Origin: Octopus sinensis
Taxonomy: Eukaryota
Assembly (NCBI RefSeq): GCF_006345805.1
Contig: NC_043011.1
Location: 51,348,464-51,412,463, forward strand
DNA: 64,000 nt
Direction of reading: 5' to 3'
Shown here: positions 24,721-37,971 of the stretch, in pieces
Numbering within the stretch: position 1 is the stretch's first letter
Layout of the letters: each line of letters opens with the position of its first letter
Position numbers and translations under genes: made by a program
The notes under the pieces: generated by a model
The model's database searches: none
The model's input: the letters and a program-made list of their open reading frames with translations, nothing else
Told to the model about the DNA's origin: nothing

Positions 24721-25162
24721 GTGGTGAGCTGGCTGAACTGTTAGCACACCGGACAAAAATGCCTAGTAGCATTCCACCTGCCTTTATGTTCTGAGTTCAA
24801 ATTCTGCTGAGTTCTACTTTGCCTTTCACCCTGTTGGGATTGACAAACTAAGTACCGGTCAAGCATTGAGGGTTGATAAAATAACTACCAATCAATGCAG
24901 TGGTTTTCAACCAGGGTTCCTCCAGTACAGTCCAGGGGTTCCGCAAGAAGTTACAAAACTGCTAAAATCGGCAGTAATTTTTAATTCTCCTGTGCAGATA
25001 TGTGTGCATAAGACTATTAAATTATTGCACAGGGGTTCCTTGAGCCAGTGGAATGTTTCCTTGGGGTTCCGCTCCAGCAAAAAGTTTGAAAAGCACTGAA
25101 TCAATGTAATAGACTTAACCTTCCCTTCAGAAGCCAGTGACCCAGTGCTAAAATTTGAAACT
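24721..25162 (+). mobile_element. SINE family B nested in the piggyBac MITE
   Basis: 18-bp TSD attatct(c/t)gtagcttcaa at 24703-20 and 25163-80. Confidence 0.85.
24898..25098 (+). mobile_element. hAT (Charlie-like) MITE, 201 bp
   Basis: TIRs CAGTGGTTTTCAA / TTGAAAAGCACTG; perfect 8-bp TSD aatcaatg. Confidence 0.95.
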
Positions 25163-25702
25163 ATTATCTTGTAGCTTCAAAATTTCAATGATGTAGTTAG
25201 TTGTTTATTTTTAGAAAGACATTGTAGGGTATGTGTGAGGGGCCAGATCCGACCGGTTGGAACATAAAACAGGTTGGATACTTGGGTCAGATATAGCTGG
25301 TTGGAATACTAAAAAGTTAATATTATTCTGAAGCAGAATCTGCACGACACAAGAGTGTGACTAAGCTGGGTCTTCAAAATATACAAGCACAATTCAATTG
25401 ACTGGGCTTCTGACACAGTTTTCTGTCTAATCAATGTCGCTCACAAGGCTCTCAAGTAAAGACATTTGTCCAAGATGTCACACAATAGTATTGAACCAGG
25501 AACTTCATGATTGCTAAATGAACTTCTTAAACAGTTTGTCATGCCTAAAACTATACATACACATACACACACACACACACACTCCTTATTACCCCCTACT
25601 GTGCATAGATTATATATGTATATTTATTAATATATGCTTATTCATTCAAATATATTAATTTATATACAGAAAATGGAAAGAAAGAAAATAAAGAGTGGTA
25701 CA

Positions 25703-25741
<39 letters not shown>

Positions 25742-26586
25742 CATACACATGTACACACACAAATATACACATATGAAAGGATAGAGATACCCACATTGAC
25801 ATGTATGCCTAGATGTTTGTATGTATCTTATATACATATATTCATATACTACAGGCTAATGCACAAATATATATAAAGTATATATTGCTATATGTCTATA
25901 TATAAGGCTACACATGCACACACACACAGATCTGTATTTGTATATTTTAAGGTAATTATCATATCTTGATTCAGAGAAATAAAGATAAACATACAAAATA
26001 AAAACATGCATTTACATATATATTACACACATTTCTACACATTTTTGTTTGTTTGTGTGTGTGTGTATGTGCGTGTGTACAAATATACAAACATACACCA
26101 CGCATATAAACATACACACACACATATACATACATAATATATATCATCTCATCATTTTACATTCACTTCCTATACTGATATGGGTGGTTGGACAGTACGA
26201 CAGGATTCATTGAGTTGGGCTCTGATTTTGCATGGTTTCTACACCTGGATGCCCTTCCTAATGCCAATCACTTTACAAAATTTATTGGGCGCTTTTTTTC
26301 CTTTGTGACTCCAGCATGAATGAGGTCACCTTACAGCTCACAAGACTAAAGAATCTCTATGAATGAAACAAGAATATAAAATGAGTGATATCAATAAATG
26401 ATGGAGGAGATAATAAAATACAGATCCAGAGCAAGAGATTAAATGGAGAGGGAGCGGAGTAAGAGTGATATGATGGGTTTTGTTGGTGGGGTAGTAGTGG
26501 TGTATCCAGTGTTATTCCACATTATAAAGATGAGGAGAAATGAGAAAAAGAAATGAGAGTGATGAAGATCTAGGGAGGGTATAGTG

Positions 26587-26805
26587 CAGTGCTTTTCAAA
26601 CTTTTTGCTGGAGCGGAACCCCAAGGAAACATTCCACTGTCTCGGGGAACCCCTGTGCAATAATTTAATAGTCTTATGCACACATATCTGCACAGGAGAA
26701 TTAAAAATTACTGCCGATTTTAGCAGTTTTGTAACTTCTTGCAGAACTCCTGGACTGTACTGGCGGAACCCTAAGGTTCCGCGGAACCCTGGTTGAAAAC
26801 CACTG
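26587..26805 (-). mobile_element. hAT (Charlie-like) MITE, 219 bp, inverted relative to 24898-25098
   Basis: Same TIRs; perfect 8-bp TSD gtatagtg; carries an 18-bp segment absent from the other copy. Confidence 0.95.
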
Positions 26806-27799
26806 GTATAGTGAGATGATTATTGAAGGAAAAAGAAGTGAGGACGTCATGGGGGAAGCACACTGAGAGAAATAAGAGGGTGTTAGGGATGATGGAAAAG
26901 CTGTGGGCAGAAGGACAGTGAGAGAAGTAAGGCAGGAGATAGGAGAGCAGTTGATGAATGTAATGAGACAAGTGAGAGAGAGAGGGAGAGGCTGAAAGGT
27001 GACACAGATATGGGGAAGGGAAGAGCAGAGGATGAATGCAGTGAAGGCATCCCAGGTGGAGATGTAGGGAGGAGAGGACAGTAAAACAAAGGCAAATTGG
27101 AGAGAAGTGATGGGCAAATGTCATGAAAGTATCCCAACGTCCAACACTTCACATGTTAAGTCTTCTCTCAACCATACTTGCACAAGAAAGCAGGTTTGCT
27201 ATATATTTGGTTCATTCGTTCATTCATTTTTGTAAACCAGTGCAGATTGGACAGTTACTTATTTGAGGTAGTTTTTTTTACAGCTGGAGTGCTCTTCCTA
27301 TCACCAACACTAACTTGCTTTTCAAATAAGGGATTTTATATCCTACTGAATTTCAAAAATGCAGAGCAGCAGGACATTATGTTAGAAGCGAATGCAAAAT
27401 CGACAACACCATATTTACCTCACAAATTTTCTTGCAAAGAAGCAGAAATTACAACTTCAAGCACACCACATATGCACACACACACGCACACACACACACA
27501 CACGTACACAAAGAGGCACAAACACATATATGGCCTTTCATACAGTTTCGATCAACCAATTCCTAAGGCTGACCAATAACCAAACAGTGGTCAGCCTGAA
27601 GCTATAATAGAAGATGCTTCAACAATGTGCCATGCAGTTGGACTGAACTTGAGACCATATCGTTGTGCAGTGGACTTCTTGACCACACTACCATATTTGA
27701 GTATAAATATATGTATATATTATGCTCCAGCATGACCACAGCCGAATGGCTGAAACAAATAATAGAATATATATATATATATATATATTTACATGCAGT

Positions 27800-28143
27800 T
27801 AAATATATGTCTGGTCATAGAGTGACCAATGGTTTCACATCCATAAAGCACTTAGCTTTACAGATGGCTTGTCAGAGTCTAATGGTGGAAAGTAAATACA
27901 TTACTCTATACAATACAGTGTGCTTCTTTTTCAAATATATGATCCACTGATGATATATTAAAAGTAATTAAGTTTATGTCTGGCCATAAAGTGACCAATG
28001 GTTTCACATCCGCAAAGGCCTCAGCCTTGCGGATGTCTCCATTGGTCACTCTATGACCGGATATAAACTTAATTACTTTTAATACATTACTGCTCTATGC
28101 TTTAGAATGTGCTTCTTTTTCGGATATACGATACATTGACAAT

Positions 28144-28150
<7 letters not shown>
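27800..28150 (-). repeat. Head-to-tail ~169-bp HHR-containing repeat; one copy converted to a ~127-bp fold-back (27957-28083)
   Basis: gtgaccaatggtttcacatcc at 27822 and 27991; aatacattact..gtgcttctttttc at ~27895 and ~28081. Confidence 0.85.
27818..27881 (-). ncRNA. Type I hammerhead ribozyme with G8>A
   Basis: TAGACT-CTGACAA-GC-CATCTGTAAAGC-TAAGT-GCTTTATGGATG-T-GAAAC-CATTG-GTC-ACTCTA: 12-bp stem II (2 GU), stem III ACC/GGU, stem I 5 of 6 bp. Confidence 0.85.
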
Positions 28151-28183
<33 letters not shown>

Positions 28184-28449
28184 TATACATGGGTGTGTGT
28201 GATTGTGTATAGAAGAATATATTAATAAAAGGGATTCTAACCTTGTCTGATTTTCATGTTTTATTTACAATCTTATAATGATATAATATAAGATAAAATA
28301 ATAGAATAAAATAAAATAGTAGAATGTTAAATGTTCATTCTGATTGAACTAGTACTTTCATGCATTAAATTCTGCAATCTTCAGGTTCATGTAGTAGTGG
28401 TGACAGTCATGCTTCATAATTTTTATAGACATAATGGTTGTATGGTTAA

Positions 28450-28660
28450 CCCTTTAATGGCAAAGTTAAATTTCACGGTTATTCCAGTAATGATGTTAAA
28501 TATCTACCAAAAAAGTAAATTGGTATTTTCAGCAAGTTACATTGTCTCAAGAAACTTGACATATCTCAGCAAAAATTAGTTTCAAGCATGACATTCCTCA
28601 ACAAAAGACAGAAAGATATATAAAACTACTTTCTGCAGTTAAGGGAAATGAAATTTTGAG
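28450..28660 (+). mobile_element. piggyBac-like MITE, left part
   Basis: TTAA|CCCTTT at 28446; body homologous to 8205-8440. Confidence 0.65.
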
Positions 28661-29168
28661 TGGATGTCTGAAAAGTTAAGCAGTTCATTTCACAACCAAT
28701 TGTTCTGTGTTTCATCTGATTGCATAGGATCTTGGGCAAATGTCTTCTATTCTAGCCTGGAACTAGCCAAAGCTTGTAAGTGGAATTTTATTTAAGGTCT
28801 ATTATCTAGTGTGTGTTTTTTTTATGTTTGTGTCCCTTTGTGCTCTGTAACTTAGTGGTTCAAAATAAGTACCAGACTGCAGTAAATATTGGGACTGGTG
28901 TGATTGACTAAACTCTCAAGGAGACATTACTCAAGTGGAATGACTGGAATGAGTTAAAGAATATGAGAATATGTTTACATGTGTGTGTATGTATGTGTAT
29001 ATGCATAAATATATGATAAATATGTATACATATACAATCACACACATACATGTATCTGTGAATTAAGTTTATACTAACAGATAGCTGCATGCATATGGGT
29101 ACCCAAACATTCACATACACACACACACTAACATGTCTGCACATACTTTCCGCCTCATCATCATGCAT

Positions 29169-29206
<38 letters not shown>

Positions 29207-29245
29207 GTTACATACATACATATAGTTATAAACATATATACATAT

Positions 29246-29301
<56 letters not shown>

Positions 29302-30270
29302 TTCGTTTTTGGATTTGTTTGCAAAATTCTTTATATGAGTTCGTGTGTTGAAGCATATTCTGTTGTGTCTGGGGAGAGTCATTCTTTTTTAGCGCCTTTA
29401 TTTTTTAACACACTCACCGGTAAAATTTCCACTTATTTCTTATTTTTATTTTCTAAAATTTTCGTTGCATCTTGCAACCTTTTCAATAGTGTTGACTATA
29501 TATATATATATAAAAACACACACATATTTAGACAAACATAACACTACTACAACACCATACCCTTGTGGTGCTCCTCTCACCACACCATTTCCATCACTGC
29601 AACCACTGCATTAATCAGTTTGCCAGCTGAAAATACACCCCATCAGAATTGACTATTTAAAAGTCGTTAAACATAAAGTGTTTTGTTGAGGCCATAACTG
29701 TCTCAGTTCAGATGGGAAGTTTTTCATGGATTGGTTTATATCTTCACTTAGTGTCTGACATAAATTTTACACATAGGAGGGGACACGATGGATACAACTA
29801 CTACATAATGATGATGGAGATGATATGATGATGATGACAACGACCACCCCCACAATGATGTCTACTTCTACCTATGGCCACCACTACCTCCACCATTATT
29901 GCAAGCACTGTGATTGTCAGCACCACTATAACAGCCACCAATGCCATAGCCACTATCCTCACCATTACAGCAACTGTAGTCATAAATAACTGGCAACTTC
30001 ACTACCATCACTACAACAAAAACTCCATACCCCCCCCCCCACAACAACAACAACAACAGCAACTGCCATCACCTCCACCACCACTACTGCAATACAACCA
30101 TTATCTCATTATCATCACTAATACCACAACAGTCTTCACTTTCAAAACCACCACCAATACTACAACTATCACATCCACCATCATCATTAACAACTCTATG
30201 ATCAATACTGTCATCATCAATGATGCCAGTATTAACAGTATGACAGAAATACTGAGGGAGAAATACTTTA

Positions 30271-30686
30271 TGGTGGCAAGCTGGCAGAAACGTTAGCATG
30301 CCGGGCGAAATGCTTAGCGGTATTTTGTCTGCCGCTATGTTCTGAGTTCAAATTCCACTGAGGTCAACTTTGCCTTTCATCCTTTCGGGGTCGATAAATT
30401 AAGTACCAGCTACACACTAGGGTCAATATAATCGACTTAATCCGTTTGTCTGTCCTTGTTTGTCCCCTCTATGTTTAGCCCCTTGTAGGTAATAAAGAAA
30501 CAGGTATTTCATCTGCCGCTATGTTCTGAGTTCAAATTCTGCCGAGGTCGACTTTGCCTTTCATCCTTTCGGGGTTGATAAATTAAGTACCAGTTACGCA
30601 CTGGGGTCGATGTACTCGAATTAATCCGTTTGTCTGTCCTTGTTTGTCCCCTCTATGTTTAGCCCCTTGTGGGCAATAAAGAAATA
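30271..30686 (+). mobile_element. SINE family B with duplicated body (dimer)
   Basis: One head, two consecutive ttctgagttcaaatt..aaagaaa bodies; flanking agaaatact repeat. Confidence 0.85.
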
Positions 30687-30924
30687 AGAAATACTGAGAG
30701 AGTGTCTATATGATTGTTTGACCTGCTTGATGTTGCAGTAAAATCTCTCTGAAATTATACCTTATTGCTTGAAAAATAAAAAAAAGGACACATTGGATAA
30801 TGAAGTCCAAGATACACAATGCCTGAAAAAGGGGATCATCATAGCTGGAATGCTTTTTTACCATAGATGATGACCTGTCCAAACTGTAATCACACAATAA
30901 AAGTACTATCAGCATACAGGCACA

Positions 30925-31335
30925 GGTTTGGCTGTGTGGTAAGTAGCTTGCTTCTCAACCACATGGTTCTGGATTCAGTTCCACTGTGTGGCACCTTGGA
31001 CAAATGTCTTCTACAATAGCCACAGGCTGACCAAAGCCTTGTGAGTGGATCTGGTAGGTGGAAACTGAAAGAAGCCCATCATATTTATGTATGTGTGTCT
31101 TTGTGCGTGTCCCACCACAACCACTTTGTGTCTGTGTCCCCCACCACCACTTGAAAATGTGTGTTGGTTTGCTTACATCCTTGTAACTTAGTGGTTTGGC
31201 AAAAGAGACTGATAGAATTAGTACCAGACTTAAAAAAAAACAAATTACTGGGGTTGATTCAGTCAACTAATAACTCTTCAAGGTGGTGCCCCAGAATGGC
31301 TGCAGTGTAACGACTGAAACAAGTGAAAGATAATA
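30925..31335 (+). mobile_element. SINE family A
   Basis: Head through gactgaaacaagtgaaaga tail. Confidence 0.85.
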
Positions 31336-31704
31336 GATAGACTGCAGCTATGATCATCCAGTAATTTTTGACTCAGGCATAATGTATACAAAACAACATT
31401 GTTTAATTTACTTTCAATAAGACTGTAGGATGTACTACAAGGGAGGAGATCGGTGGCTATTTCTAACTTATTGAACAACCATCATGAAAGCTTACTTGCA
31501 AGCTCGTAATTACGTAAGTCACCATACAGACACCTATATTAGTTGCACCGGTTGACAAGTCACAGTGAAAGAATAAATCACACCACCTTTGAGTATATAA
31601 ATGAATATAATATTTTGGCTGTAGCTTTTGACCCATTCAGAAGTCACACATCGCCTTTTGTGAATACTGTTTGCAACTTTGCTTCTGTTTTCATACATAC
31701 ATAC

Positions 31705-31783
<79 letters not shown>

Positions 31784-32015
31784 GTATATATATGTATTTG
31801 AAATTTTACAGTTTAGCAATGTCCTGGAACCATAGATATGATAACAATGTGTTTTGTATGATCTATTTCTGCAGCAAGCAAATTAAGTGATGCTTTTAAA
31901 TCAACACTCCCGATTGGCTGACAATATACCTCTAACATCTACAGACATTAGTGTTACACCTACCCTGTAGAGAACTATACAATTTATATTCTAAATGTCT
32001 ATGCACACATACAGA

Positions 32016-33079
32016 CACACACACACACACACACTCACACACACATTATATTCATGAGACTGCTTGTGGTCACGGATATGTTTGTTTTGTAGCAGAATAA
32101 AATTTTGCTTAAGCAGATACTTTTATTTCTTTTTTTTTATGCATGACATCATCAACATGTATTTGCTTATGACACTGATACACATGTAGACTGAACAGTG
32201 ACATGACCAACACAACTTATATACTCAATTATTTGCTGCTGCTGTTGCCGCTGCTGGTATGTGTGCTTGCACATGCAAGTGCTTATGTGTGTGCATGTAT
32301 GTGTTCGTTTGCTGTGAATTTCCAGAGTAGAGCACATGTATGTATGTATGTGCATGCATATTTGTGTCTAATGTGCATGCACGCATGCATACACAACTTT
32401 TCCCAAGCTACTTTGAAGTTTCATCTATGTAGCCTTCTTTAAATTGTCCAATGAAAGTTACACAGCTGAAACTTTGAAGGGACTATCAACCTTTCCCTTG
32501 GAAAAATAAAACAAATATATTACTCTACTGAAAAGCATTGAGTGATCTTTCAATTTAAGGTTTCGTTGTTTTTATATATATAACTATACAAACACACACA
32601 CACACACATATATATATATCTTTATCAATATACATAAACACACACGCACGCATGCACACATGCACACACACACATACATATGCAGCTATATATGTGTGTA
32701 AGTGTATATACATGCACATGGTCGGATATGTGAAATGTTACATGTGCATAGTTTAATAAAATAGAATAAAAGCACCAATAAATCTGACTCCTGACAGCTC
32801 AGTGCCAACAACCATTAATTTATAGCAACAATAGGGCTGAAGAAAAATACCTGAGGGTGGAAAGGGGGGGGGTGCATCCTGCAAACTAAATACACATACA
32901 GTAGAGTTAATTAAATGATTTATAACTTTGACCCAGAGTTGCCCGCCAGCCAAGACAACATCTGGCAACCAAACCACAGCACAATGAACTGAACTGCGTA
33001 TATTCTTCCAAAACTGGTCAGGACAAAGGTGTTGTAACTATTGATGAAATTATGATACACACACACACACACAAACATA

Positions 33080-33116
<37 letters not shown>

Positions 33117-34138
33117 ACACATTATATTCATGAGACTGCTTGTGGTCACGGATATGTTTGTTTTGTAGCAGAATAAAATTTTGCTTAAGCAGATACTTTT
33201 ATTTCTTTTTTTTATGCATGACATCATCAACATGTATTTGCTTATGACACTGAACAGTGACATGACCAACACAACTTATATACTCAATTATTTGCTGCTG
33301 CTGTTGCCGCTGCTGGTATGTGTGCTTGCACATGCAAGTGCTTATGTGTGTGCATGTATGTGTTCGTTTGCTGTGAATTTCCAGAGTAGAGCACATGTAT
33401 GTTTGTATGTGCATGCATATTTGTGTCTAATGTGCATGCACGCATGCATACACAACTTTTCCCAAGCTACTTTGAAGTTTCATCTATGTAGCCTTCTTTA
33501 AATTGTCCAATGAAAGTTACACAGCTGAAACTTTGAAGGGACTATCAACCTTTCCCTTGGAAAAATAAAACAAATATATTACTCTACTGAAAAGCATTGA
33601 GTGATCTTTCAATTTAAGGTTTCGTTGTTTTTATATATATAACTATACAAACACACACACACACATAATATATATATCTTTATCAATATACATAAACACA
33701 CACGCACGCATGCACACATGCACACACACACATACATATGCAGCTATATATGTGTGTAAGTGTATATACATGCACATGGTCGGATATGTGAAATGTTACA
33801 TGTGCATAAGTTTAATAAAATAGAATAAAAGCACCAATAAATCTGACTCCTGACAGCTCAGTGCCAACAACCATTAATTTATAGCAACAATAGGGCTGAA
33901 GAAAAATACCTGAGGGTGGAAAGGGGGGGGGTGCATCCTGCAAACTAAATACACATACAGTAGAGTTAATTAAATGATTTATAACTTTGACCCAGAGTTG
34001 CCCGCCAGCCAAGACAACATCTGGCAACCAAACCACAGCACAATGAACTGAACTGCGTATATTCTTCCAAAACTGGTCAGGACAAAGGTGTTGTAACTAT
34101 TGATGAAATTATGATACACACACACACACACAAACATA

Positions 34139-34172
<34 letters not shown>
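32016..34172. repeat. Near-identical ~1.06-1.08 kb tandem duplication bounded by (CA)n
   Basis: attatattcatgag at 32045 and 33121; identical ORF shadows offset by 1059 bp. Confidence 0.95.
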
Positions 34173-34173
<1 letters not shown>

Positions 34174-34436
34174 GTGTATGGGTAGAGATATGGCTGTGTG
34201 ACTGAAAAGCTTGTTTCCCAACCATGTGACCTTAAGCAGGTGTATTTTACTAAAGCCCTGGGCCTACTAAAGCTCTGGGCCTACCAAAAGCACTGGACCT
34301 ACCAAATATGTGCATATATTTTTTTATGTGTATGTGTGTGTACCTTCATCTTCACATTTTGTGATGGTTATAAACAAATATCAAAGTCATATATCATCAT
34401 CATCGTTTAACGTCCGTTTTCCGCGCTAGCACGGGT

Positions 34437-34470
<34 letters not shown>

Positions 34471-34689
34471 TTGCTTCAAAAGTTAGAGAGAGAAAGGCAA
34501 AAAAGATGAAACTGGGCAAAAACATAACAGACAGAAAATGGAGACAAAAACATGATACATGGAACATTTGCAGCTGATTTTCTCATCAGTTTGTTTCCGA
34601 GACATCTTAGTGGTTTCATGCTATTTAAAACCAAGACCACTGTTATCAACAGTAATGCCAGAACATAGAACTACAGGAAAAGGTTGATG

Positions 34690-34747
<58 letters not shown>

Positions 34748-36716
34748 CATCATTGCCATCTAGTGTCCGTTTTCCATGCTGGCATGGGTTAGATGGTTTG
34801 ACTGGAACTGGAAGTCAGAGAGCTGTACCAGGCTCCAGTCTGTTTAGCTTGATTTCTATGGCTATATGCCCTTTCCAGTGCCAACCACTCTACAGAGTGT
34901 ATTGGGTGCTTTTAACATGTTATAAGCATTGGCCACAACTACAATTTCACTAAGTTTGACATGTCAAACTCACAACCTCACAATTTTAAGACCAACACTC
35001 TAACCATGTGCTTTCATATATATAATCATCATCATCATCGTTTAGCGTCCGTGAGTGTGTTTGAATGTATATTTATTCTTTTATTTGTTTCAGTCATTTG
35101 ACTGTGGCCATGCTGGAGCACCACCTTGAAGGGTTATATATATATATATATACTTATACACACACACACATTATATATGTACATATATACATTGTATGTA
35201 TATTTTAGATACATGTATATATACATACATGTATGTATATCATTGTTCTTCCAATTTATAGTCATTAATGTTGCTATCATTGAATTAACATGGAGTGACA
35301 CAAATGCAGTATGTACATTTTCTTCCAAAATATTGCTTTGGTGTAGTTTGATCTGAAGGTTCATTTTATGACCCTCAATTTTGCCAGTGGCTTTAAATTG
35401 ACATTACAGCCCCTCCCCTCAAGCCTCACACACACACACTTACAGATAAAGTTCAGTGGTACCAAAGTGGGTTTACACCCCATACCCTCCAAGAATCACC
35501 CCCCCCCACCTCTCTCATACATTTGCACACACACAAAAAAAATAGTTCTGTGGCACTGAAGTGGCATCAGTCCTTCTCCACCTCTCACACATGCACATGG
35601 AAATAGCTATTGTATAATTGGGCTATTAATTACTATGGTTACTGTAATTGATGTAAAGATGTTTCCAAACCCTCTCCCTTCTTCGGTAACCATAATTGTT
35701 CCAAGCAAGAAGAGACTAATGGTCAGATTTGACTTCAATTCCAATATGATGATGATGATGATGGCAGCTGAGCAAATGATGCAAAAATCTCATTAGACCT
35801 ACGTCATTTTACCATTAGTATTGTCTACAGTTAATTTTACTACTCCTTCAAGACAATAATAATTACAGAATGAACCAGGCTGGTTGTTTCCTTCCCACTT
35901 AATAGTTGCTGAACTTATATGATATGATGCTGAAAATAAAGCCTAGACAAGTAGCAACTAGTGAGGAGACAAAATTCTTCAAGTTGTATTTCCATTAAAA
36001 AGAATAAATGATATTATATCGACTGGCCACCCTTCATTAGAAACTTTCGTTTCTAAAGCTACACTAAATACATTTTCTTAACAGAATTAATCATTAGTTC
36101 AATAGTTCTGCGGTGTTGTATGTAAATTTGGCCATAAATTTAATTAATTGATGAAATAGCTTTTCTCCTGGATAGTGTGCCAGCACTTCAAACATGTCTT
36201 TGAACTCACATTGTCAGCAAATGAAATATTCATTAGTTGTTATGCAGTGCACCAGTCACCACCAAATACAATAGTGATCTATAGCATACAATGGCACCAA
36301 GTTACCACAGTACTTTAGGTATATAAAAATAAATAGTTTACACCTGTGGTTGTTTATTTGTCTCAGTCAGTTCTACTTAAATAAACTTCTGACAAGGAAG
36401 TAGTTGGCTGAACACTTAAGAATGAAAAATATTCTCTTCCAGAATATTTATTTGCAGCTAAATGGGTTGGGATTCTGAGAGTTAAGTGCAGTGCCAGCGA
36501 TGGAATATACATAGATCCTTTAGCTAATAGGTCGACATCATAACAACACTGTCATCTATGATTTTCACAGATCAATAAACAAGTCACAGAAACAATGTTA
36601 AAACAGAAATAATTGCTTAAGATTTATGCCAACACAACCAAGTAATGTAAATAAATGTTTTCATTAGACATTGCCTTTAACAAAATCTTCATTCCCTCGC
36701 AGTATGTGATTTCCTT

Positions 36717-36773
<57 letters not shown>

Positions 36774-37048
36774 ATATATATATCTTTTATTCTTCTTGTT
36801 TTTTTCCTTATGTACTTGTTGTAACCACCTCTGCCATTTTTTTCTACACATATGCATGTGTATGCATAAATGCACATGCATATGTCTGTGTATGCATTTA
36901 TATGCAGTTGAGTGTTTACCTTAAGTATGCATGTGTATGTATATATGTGTGTGTATAGGAGTGAGGGTATATTTATATGTACATGTGTATGTATATATAT
37001 ATATACATATATATATAATGAAAAAAATTATACAAAATGTGTGTGTAT

Positions 37049-37082
<34 letters not shown>

Positions 37083-37421
37083 AATATATGATGATGATAT
37101 ATACATACACACACACACACATATATATACACACACACATCTATGCATACACATATATATATACATATACATATATATATACACACACACACACATATAT
37201 ATATATATACTATATGCATATATGTGTATGTGTATTTATATGTATACATATGTGTGTGTGGGTGTGTGTATGTATTATGGATGTATGTAGGCATGTCTGT
37301 GTTGGCGTCTTTTGTTCTAGGGATGCCCTTCCTAATGCCAACCACTTTACAGAATATCCTGGGTGCTTTTTATATGGCACCAGCACATCGCACCAGAACA
37401 GGTGCTGGCAGAAATGTCAAA

Positions 37422-37651
37422 GGTGGCGAGCTGGCAGAAACGTCAAAGACGGCGAGGTGGCAGAAATGCAAGTACACTGTTGCTACGTTCTGAGTTCAAA
37501 TTCCACCGAGGTCGACTTTGCCTTCCATCCTTTCGGGGTCGATCAAATAAGTACCAGTTATGCACTGGGGTCGATGTAATCGACTCAATCTGTTTGTCTG
37601 TCCTTGTTTGTCCCCTCTGTGTGTAGCCCCTTGTGGGCAGTAAAGAAATAA
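37422..37651 (+). mobile_element. SINE family B, near consensus
   Basis: gtcgactttgccttccatcctttcggggtcgatcaaataagtaccag block; tail gtaaagaaata. Confidence 0.9.
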
Positions 37652-37818
37652 GTACAGTAGCTTTCTTTGTAGCACCAAAAATAAAGGAAGTCACTTTAAT
37701 TAAACCTAATTGAATTAATATCAATATTATTGCATTTATTTGGTCCTTTCAGTGGTAGAAAAATGACTATGTACTTAGAAGCAAATGTAGGAGATATATT
37801 AAAAAAGGAGTCACTTAC

Positions 37819-37971
37819 CTGTAGAGACAGGAATCAGAAGCTGTTGGACTGGTAGAGATGAACCTGTAGTTTGTCCTTGGGTTAAATGCTGACCAGCAAT
37901 GAAAAACTGTGGTGCCACTTGCGGTTGACTAAATAACTGCTGGGGTTGATTGGAAAGGGCCGATATTGTAC
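37819..37971 (-). CDS. POU6F2: POU class VI TF coding exon (153 nt, phase 1 to 1)
   Basis: ttctatctcattCAG| ... TCTACAG|GTAAGT. Encodes (G)TISALSNQPQQLFSQPQVAPQFFIAGQHLTQGQTTGSSLPVQQLLIPVST(G); reads in frame into exon 5506. Confidence 0.88.

Larger units (their letters stand above)
24633..25316. mobile_element. piggyBac-like MITE, interrupted by a SINE
   Basis: TTAA|CCCTTTAGCA (24629-) ... TACTAAAAAG|TTAA (-25320). Confidence 0.75.
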
